Positions 58,920-64,000 of a DNA stretch of 64,000 nt are shown here, piece by piece; positions within the stretch are counted from its first letter, which is position 1; each line of letters begins with the position of its first letter. The notes below the pieces were generated by a model. It was not told the origin of the DNA and searched no databases. It worked only from the letters and a program-made list of their open reading frames with translations. This stretch comes from an uncultured virus (IMG/VR IMGVR_UViG_3300025168_000062). Lineage: Duplodnaviria > Heunggongvirae > Uroviricota > Caudoviricetes. Made by a program: the position numbers and the translations under genes. Location of the stretch: IMG/VR virus record IMGVR_UViG_3300025168_000062, one strand, 5' to 3'.

Positions 58920-60241
58920 TGTTCAACACTACTCCATTCTCCCCATTTTACTTCGGGTTTTGCTCTTTGTGGGGGTGTATCGTGTCCTATGCGACACATA
59001 ACACCCTTTCTTCCTCTTCCTTCCTTGACTGTCTTAAACTCTTTATACCATGAGTTTCCTTCTAATGATTCTTCAATCCATCTTTTTGCTGTTTGATAGT
59101 CTCCGTTAGTAACCATTTTGGCAACTTCTTTCACAAGGGTAGACTTGGGCATATCACGATTCCAAAAGGTTGATTTGATTAACTCCATATCTGCATCCAT
59201 TACTGTTCTTCTCATCCTAAGTGCATCATCAAGATACTTTCTCAGTTCATCGTTTATTGATACTTCAAAGACCGGCATAGGCTTATATGTTTCTTGCATC
59301 ATCCAATACCCAACCATTAGTCTCCTAAACAAATCTGCTTCCCATGACCTAACGTCTTTATTTTCTAACCAATCTTGAACATCCTGTCCGAAGCGGACCT
59401 GAACAGGGGGATTTAATACTGCCTCTAACTGCCGCTTCATAAAGAACCTTCTTATTACTTCTCTTAAAGCATTAATCTTAAGTCTTTGGTCGTGTGGCAT
59501 ATTAGCCTGTTTTTGGTTAGCCCTCTTAAATGCCAATTCCTTTTGAGGGTTCATGTCAATATCAATGATAAAGAACCTTCTGTCAAGACCGGATTCTAAT
59601 TCAAATCGACCGGGTTGAGTTCCGCCCCATACAGTATATCTTGTTGTATATCTGACCCAACCACTTCGCATAGACTTATTTACTCTACCATTATCGGTGG
59701 ATGTAAGCATTTGATTCATCATATCTGTGCTGTGGTCTTTATTTCCCGCATCCACTAAACTGCTGAACTCTTCAAATCCTAAGAAGCCACCACACATCTC
59801 ACGCGCAAGTGGTCGTCCAACAATAATCCCATCTTCATTTACAGACCCAAACATACCGGCTTCGGTTATACTGTTAGGTCCAATCATAGTTCTAAAACCT
59901 TCTCCTTGCCATCCTTTAGGATTCCAAAGCAGACCTGTGCCTTGTGCTAAGAATGTGTCGATTAAGATTGACTTACCCGAACCTTTCATACCTCTCATTA
60001 GTATATGTAGGCGTGTGTCAGCCGCTCTTGCTCCGGGTGTATAGAATGGGGCATTAGGGTGTCTCATAGGGCAGGGTTCGATTACGAACTCTTCACCTTC
60101 TGTAAAATCACAAGTAGCACACTTGTTCAAAGTATTAAATATATGCGAGCCAACAGAAGCAATAAATATCGGTATCTTATCTTCTAGGTCTATCAGATAA
60201 TTCAAATCGCAGTAGTTTTGTGTTGCCTTAAATATATTCAT
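58916..60241 (-). CDS. MCM-like AAA+ helicase lacking the canonical N-terminal domain
   Basis: LHILMRGMKGSGKS, ITEAGMFGS, GFLGFEEF, LDRRF. Confidence 0.75.
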   Translation of the reverse strand: MNIFKATQNYCDLNYLIDLEDKIPIFIASVGSHIFNTLNKCATCDFTEGEEFVIEPCPMRHPNAPFYTPGARAADTRLHILMRGMKGSGKSILIDTFLAQGTGLLWNPKGWQGEGFRTMIGPNSITEAGMFGSVNEDGIIVGRPLAREMCGGFLGFEEFSSLVDAGNKDHSTDMMNQMLTSTDNGRVNKSMRSGWVRYTTRYTVWGGTQPGRFELESGLDRRFFIIDIDMNPQKELAFKRANQKQANMPHDQRLKINALREVIRRFFMKRQLEAVLNPPVQVRFGQDVQDWLENKDVRSWEADLFRRLMVGYWMMQETYKPMPVFEVSINDELRKYLDDALRMRRTVMDADMELIKSTFWNRDMPKSTLVKEVAKMVTNGDYQTAKRWIEESLEGNSWYKEFKTVKEGRGRKGVMCRIGHDTPPQRAKPEVKWGEWSSVEQ

Positions 60242-60339
60242 TTGCTCACCATCGGTAAGCCACTTTCCTTTTTTTCCAATCTTTTTAGTCTCTTATTTTC
60301 GCGTTTGCGTGTGGGCTTATGGTTAGCACACACCCCATT

Positions 60340-60585
60340 TAGTATTAAACCTTTGGATGGAAATTAATTCTTTTTATTATTTCTGTAGCCTACAAAAAGA
60401 ATAAAACGCTATACTACGCCCCTGTTTTAACTATTCTTTTATTACCCTTAGTAGGTATTTACTTACTACATACCGTGTAGAGTAGATATATACCCTACAC
60501 GAAATAACATATATACAGAGTTTCGATGCACTGCGCCCCTGTTAATCTTTCAGTAGCAAATAAAAAGAATAAAAAGAATTGAACT
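60340..60585. other. Putative replication origin (AT-rich, direct and inverted repeats)
   Basis: AAAAAGAATAAAA repeats in both orientations, CGCCCCTGTT twice, CGTGTAG/CTACACG inverted repeat; upstream of the helicase. Confidence 0.5.
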
Positions 60586-60990
60586 CTAAAGCCTTTTTTT
60601 CCTATTTTCTTTCCAATTTGAATAAGGTGCTCTTGTAATTGTTTTTTGTTTCCAATCATTTTTAGGGTCATGCCTAATACAATAACCTTCGTTTTTCTCT
60701 AAATCTAACTTATAAGTCGCTAAACCCTTACAAGGTTTGCCTTTGACCGTTGTTCCTTTACATTGTGGGCGTATATTAGGGTCCTTAACACATTTACCAC
60801 ACAAACCCAACGGTGTTTTTACTCTCGAACTAGGTTTTTTATTAGGCTTAACAACACACCCACAACCTCTACAATAGTCTTGGTGTATTCTATGAGTAAC
60901 TTTCATAGGTTTTATTTTATTTTCTCTTATGTGTTCGTTTAATACTTTTCTGCTTCTCATACTAATCCTTCCAACAGGCTTGCATCTCAT
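60586..60990 (-). CDS. Basic zinc-finger protein
   Basis: CRGC, CGKC, QCKGTTVKGKPCK...YCIRH. Confidence 0.7.
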   Translation of the reverse strand: MRCKPVGRISMRSRKVLNEHIRENKIKPMKVTHRIHQDYCRGCGCVVKPNKKPSSRVKTPLGLCGKCVKDPNIRPQCKGTTVKGKPCKGLATYKLDLEKNEGYCIRHDPKNDWKQKTITRAPYSNWKENRKKRL

Positions 60991-61399
60991 AACCGTTAAA
61001 CCACAACTCGGGGCTTACGGGATGACTACCGCCTTCTAATAATATAACATCTAAATCACCACTATTCTTAAGAGCAATTCTTAACCTTTCTATAAACCAA
61101 TCAATACCTAAGTCAAAGCCTTCTTTAACAAAGTCATGCGGCATAGCGACTCCATGCGCTGAAACCCCTAAAAACATACCTATCTTAGTATATCCCCTAA
61201 GCATTATGTTTCTATCTAATTCTTTAGACCACAAAACAAGACAAGCCTCATTGACCGTTTTGTATTCACTACCTAACGAGTAATTAAAGTATAATTGTTT
61301 CGCCTCTAATTTGTTAGGTTTTACACAACCATTCCATTTGAAATTAAAGGGAATTGATGTAGTAAGTGGTCTAGGGCTAAAATCCCCGCGTCTAAGCAT
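60962..61399 (-). CDS. Hypothetical protein
   Basis: 145 aa; TATA-like box about 25-30 nt upstream. Confidence 0.6.
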   Translation of the reverse strand: MLRRGDFSPRPLTTSIPFNFKWNGCVKPNKLEAKQLYFNYSLGSEYKTVNEACLVLWSKELDRNIMLRGYTKIGMFLGVSAHGVAMPHDFVKEGFDLGIDWFIERLRIALKNSGDLDVILLEGGSHPVSPELWFNGYEMQACWKD

Positions 61400-61431
61400 A
61401 TAATTGATGCTAAACCTATTTACTTATAGTC

Positions 61432-61683
61432 TTATTCATAGTCTATTGGTCGCCATTCTGTGTTTTCACAATCGTCGAGAAAATGTAAGGCGTCTCTTTT
61501 TAGGCAATTAGGACAAAAATCTGGTCTAAACTCTGTTATAAGATAAAATTGGTCATAACAGTTGATACATTCCCAAAGAGTTATAGGTATTTCCTCTTCA
61601 ATTTCGTCTGTGTTGTATCTACTCGTGAGAATGCCCCAAGTGGTCCTTTTTAGCCTTATTCTTAATAAGAGTTTGGTCGCCTT
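61432..61683 (-). pseudogene. Zinc-ribbon ORF lacking a canonical start codon
   Basis: Open frame ...WECINC...FCPNC...; AAG where a leaderless ATG is expected. Confidence 0.4.
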
Positions 61684-61759
61684 GTTTACTCGACAGGTCG
61701 CTATAAAAATTGCTCAAGAACTCTACCGAAATCCACCTACAATAGAGAGAAGAAATGTT

Positions 61760-61987
61760 TCATTCCTCTTCCTCTACCGGAAATAATTGTTCAGCCCAAA
61801 ACTCGAATACAACCCAATTAAGACCTTGCTCAGCATCGTGATGTCGTTCTGCCTGTCTCAAAACAGCCATACATTGGTCATCATCTAAGTCCGGTCTTAT
61901 CGACTTTACGTCGTCTGTATGCCAGAGCACTATTATGCTATTCTTGTCGTTCCAGTGTATGTTGTCGTATAACTCATTAATTTTCAT
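61760..61987 (-). CDS. Hypothetical protein
   Basis: WHTDDVKSIRPDLDDDQCMAVL...HDA..G.NW; ends EEEE. Confidence 0.65.
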   Translation of the reverse strand: MKINELYDNIHWNDKNSIIVLWHTDDVKSIRPDLDDDQCMAVLRQAERHHDAEQGLNWVVFEFWAEQLFPVEEEE

Positions 61988-62264
61988 CAAACTCGCTCCA
62001 TTCTTTTTCTGTGAATACGACAACATTACCTAGAGGGTGTTTCTTACCTCCAACATAACTCGGATGTTGGAAGCAAAGAGGATTCATAGGCAGACCTTTT
62101 AGTATCGCTTCCTCATTTACTAAGGCATTTTCTCCTGTGCTGAGTATCATGTGAGTCACCCACCCACCGACTGCTGTTTGGAAATCTCTCATACACAAAT
62201 ACTCCATAGTGCCTAAGTCTTGCTCTACGCCAGTCCATCTCAATAATTTAACCACTCGAATCAA
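61977..62264 (-). CDS. DUF3846-like protein
   Basis: Q.AVGG...VNEE..LKGLP.N pattern. Confidence 0.6.
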   Translation of the reverse strand: MIRVVKLLRWTGVEQDLGTMEYLCMRDFQTAVGGWVTHMILSTGENALVNEEAILKGLPMNPLCFQHPSYVGGKKHPLGNVVVFTEKEWSEFDEN

Positions 62265-62871
62265 CCCTCATACCATTACCACACTCAGGACACTTATACT
62301 CGTTATAACAATTACCGAGTCTGTTATGCACACTTAAGTCGCATTTACCTTGCTCTGCAAATTGAGTGCATCCAAAGTAATATAACTCGCATTCACTAGG
62401 TCTATAACCTAATACCATAATAACTCCACCTTCTGCTCCATACCACTTACATAATACTCTTTTAGAAGTTTTGTGTGAGTTGCTACCCCATACTTTATCC
62501 CACCAGAGATATAGTATATCATGCTCTTTATCGCCCCAAAGTCGCCAAAGTCTTGCCTCTTCATCACTACCTTTTTCTGCAAGTGTCACTCTTTTCTCAT
62601 CTATATTAGCAAAATTAAGGAGATTATAGTATCTCGCATTTTTATGCAACTCCCAATCAAAATCTTCTCCCGTATTCATAATACGCTCCGAAGCGGCCAC
62701 ACTTCTCGCCATTCTTTTGATAGGGTCAACATCATAATCAAGTCTTTCTCTTTCGCTCAGATATGCTTTCTCAGTCATTTCGTGCATAGACCTACTATTA
62801 GGTGGACCAGCAAAAAGGTCTACCGGCCACATATCATAGTATTTTGGATTTGAGATAGTCTCATACCCCAT
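62248..62871 (-). CDS. Hypothetical protein with C-terminal zinc ribbon
   Basis: CPECG; GAGGTG SD. Confidence 0.65.
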   Translation of the reverse strand: MGYETISNPKYYDMWPVDLFAGPPNSRSMHEMTEKAYLSERERLDYDVDPIKRMARSVAASERIMNTGEDFDWELHKNARYYNLLNFANIDEKRVTLAEKGSDEEARLWRLWGDKEHDILYLWWDKVWGSNSHKTSKRVLCKWYGAEGGVIMVLGYRPSECELYYFGCTQFAEQGKCDLSVHNRLGNCYNEYKCPECGNGMRVDSSG

Positions 62872-63094
62872 TATTACCACCTCTTGAAATAAAAGACCTC
62901 AATCTATCTGCGACATCTTTTAGATGAGCCAACTGGACTTTCATACCTCTAATAGCGTCAATAATCTCTTCATCAGTAAAAGGCTCAGCATCCTCTAAAA
63001 ACATCTGGTCTTTTGAGACATAATCCCCTACTTCTTCGTGGACCAAGTGCTTGAACTCTTCAGAATCTACATGACCAAAAAATATCTTTTCCAT
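62861..63094 (-). CDS. Small acidic hypothetical protein
   Basis: 77 aa in coupled operon. Confidence 0.6.
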   Translation of the reverse strand: MEKIFFGHVDSEEFKHLVHEEVGDYVSKDQMFLEDAEPFTDEEIIDAIRGMKVQLAHLKDVADRLRSFISRGGNNGV

Positions 63095-63340
63095 TTACTC
63101 TTCCTCCTCTTCTTCATCTCCACAATGTTCTCTTAAACTATCCCAATCAATAGTCGTAAAATCTATTAGGTCTGTGTAAAAGTGGGCTGTTGAGCCATAC
63201 TCCTTCTTCATCATATCAAGGAACTCATCTTCTATCATTTCCTCTAGATAATCCACATCACTCGCAGTCTCAGGGTTATACCATAAATTGACGAGCCATG
63301 TTGCCCTATTTCTCCAACCATTTACTTCTCTATTACACAT
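63095..63340 (-). CDS. Small acidic hypothetical protein
   Basis: NGWRNRATWLVNLW motif; GGAG SD; poly-Glu end. Confidence 0.7.
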   Translation of the reverse strand: MCNREVNGWRNRATWLVNLWYNPETASDVDYLEEMIEDEFLDMMKKEYGSTAHFYTDLIDFTTIDWDSLREHCGDEEEEEE

Positions 63341-63354
63341 ATTAAATCTCCGTT

Positions 63355-63435
63355 TAGTGCAAGAGGACTAAGGCTTTGGAGAATACCGGAAAGAATGTCT
63401 CTATGGAATGAATGCGCCTCAGCCCCCTTACACTA
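63355..63435 (-). ncRNA. Structured 5' leader/sRNA: 20-bp stem with four G-U pairs and a 41-nt loop
   Basis: UAGUGUAAGGGGGCUGAGGC pairs with GCCUUAGUCCUCUUGCACUA; TTTATATA box at 63453-63460. Confidence 0.65.
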
Positions 63436-63781
63436 CTTCTAAAAGTTAATAGTATATAAATAGTTCTATCTCTTGAGTTACCGCAGAAACTCTACCGTAT
63501 ATCTATAATTCTTTTGCTGTCGTCTCAAACAAATTATGAGCGGCACATGATACGCACTCGGGATGATTACACACTCTGAATAAGATAGGTTGGTAGACAC
63601 CATCCTCAAAAGCAACAGGTCTAACATTACAATAGTCGCATACTTCCTCAGAAATCATTTCTCTTCCTCTTTTCTTTCGTCAGGTCGAGGCCAATACGGT
63701 TCTGTCCAGTCGGGAATAGGTCTCATTCTTCTTCCTCCGTTGGGAGTATCATGTTAATTATATCTCTTCCTGTTATTGGGC

Positions 63782-64000
63782 TCATTCTTCTTCCTCCATT
63801 AATTCTGTTGCTCTTAAAGCACCTAACTCATCAACCATAATACTTCTATCTCCAACTCTTCTTAGTGCCTCTTCTATACTAATCTCAATGTTTTCGACAT
63901 TATGTTGCCAAGGTTCGAGAATATAGTTGACCGCTTTCTGTGCTTTTTGAGCGGCCGTCATCAAAAACTTTGGCTCCTTAGCAAGAACAGTCGCCCAATT
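63782..64000 (-). CDS. Hypothetical protein, probably truncated by the window edge
   Basis: Frame open to the window end (..WATVLAKEPKFLMTAAQKAQKAVNYIL..). Confidence 0.55.
   Translation of the reverse strand, partial: NWATVLAKEPKFLMTAAQKAQKAVNYILEPWQHNVENIEISIEEALRRVGDRSIMVDELGALRATELMEEEE

Noticed and set aside
1..64000. tRNA genes, integrase, tail sheath, inteins
   Set aside because: None recognised by eye; PolB, TerL and helicase lengths leave no room for inteins; tRNAscan was not run

Overview
The window is most of the genome of a tailed, siphovirus-like dsDNA archaeal virus. It is probably a Marine Group II/Poseidoniales 'magrovirus', inferred from the archaeal-type replisome, GGTGA Shine-Dalgarno sites, TATA promoters with leaderless starts and a non-halophilic proteome. 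Layout: (i) 1-4300 is a likely genome-end/early region with small genes, phased repeats and a strong compositional anomaly. (ii) 4429-7554 (-) holds the terminase operon. (iii) 7634-41991 (+) is the morphogenesis module: portal, protease/scaffold, capsid, two collagen-like fibres, 2OG-Fe(II) oxygenase, neck, tail tube, frameshifted chaperones, tape measure and a 2998-aa tail-tip protein. (iv) 41970-60241 (-) is the replication/modification module: ERCC4 nuclease, fused primase, Cas4-like nuclease, PolB, nucleotide N-glycosidase, DUF2156/GNAT-like protein, amino-MTase, putative clamp, ATPase, SSB, RFC, glycosylase and MCM-like helicase. (v) A putative origin and small early genes follow. The strongest unexplained signal concerns the trinucleotide GAG/CTC: it is heavily enriched in 1-3052 and then completely absent from 3053-4264, next to the terminase gene. 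Also, every AGCT I found genome-wide sits inside GAGCTC. Together these suggest a virus-encoded GAG-directed DNA modification with a deliberately unmodified window, possibly for packaging or entry. All counts are from manual reading; no database searches were run.
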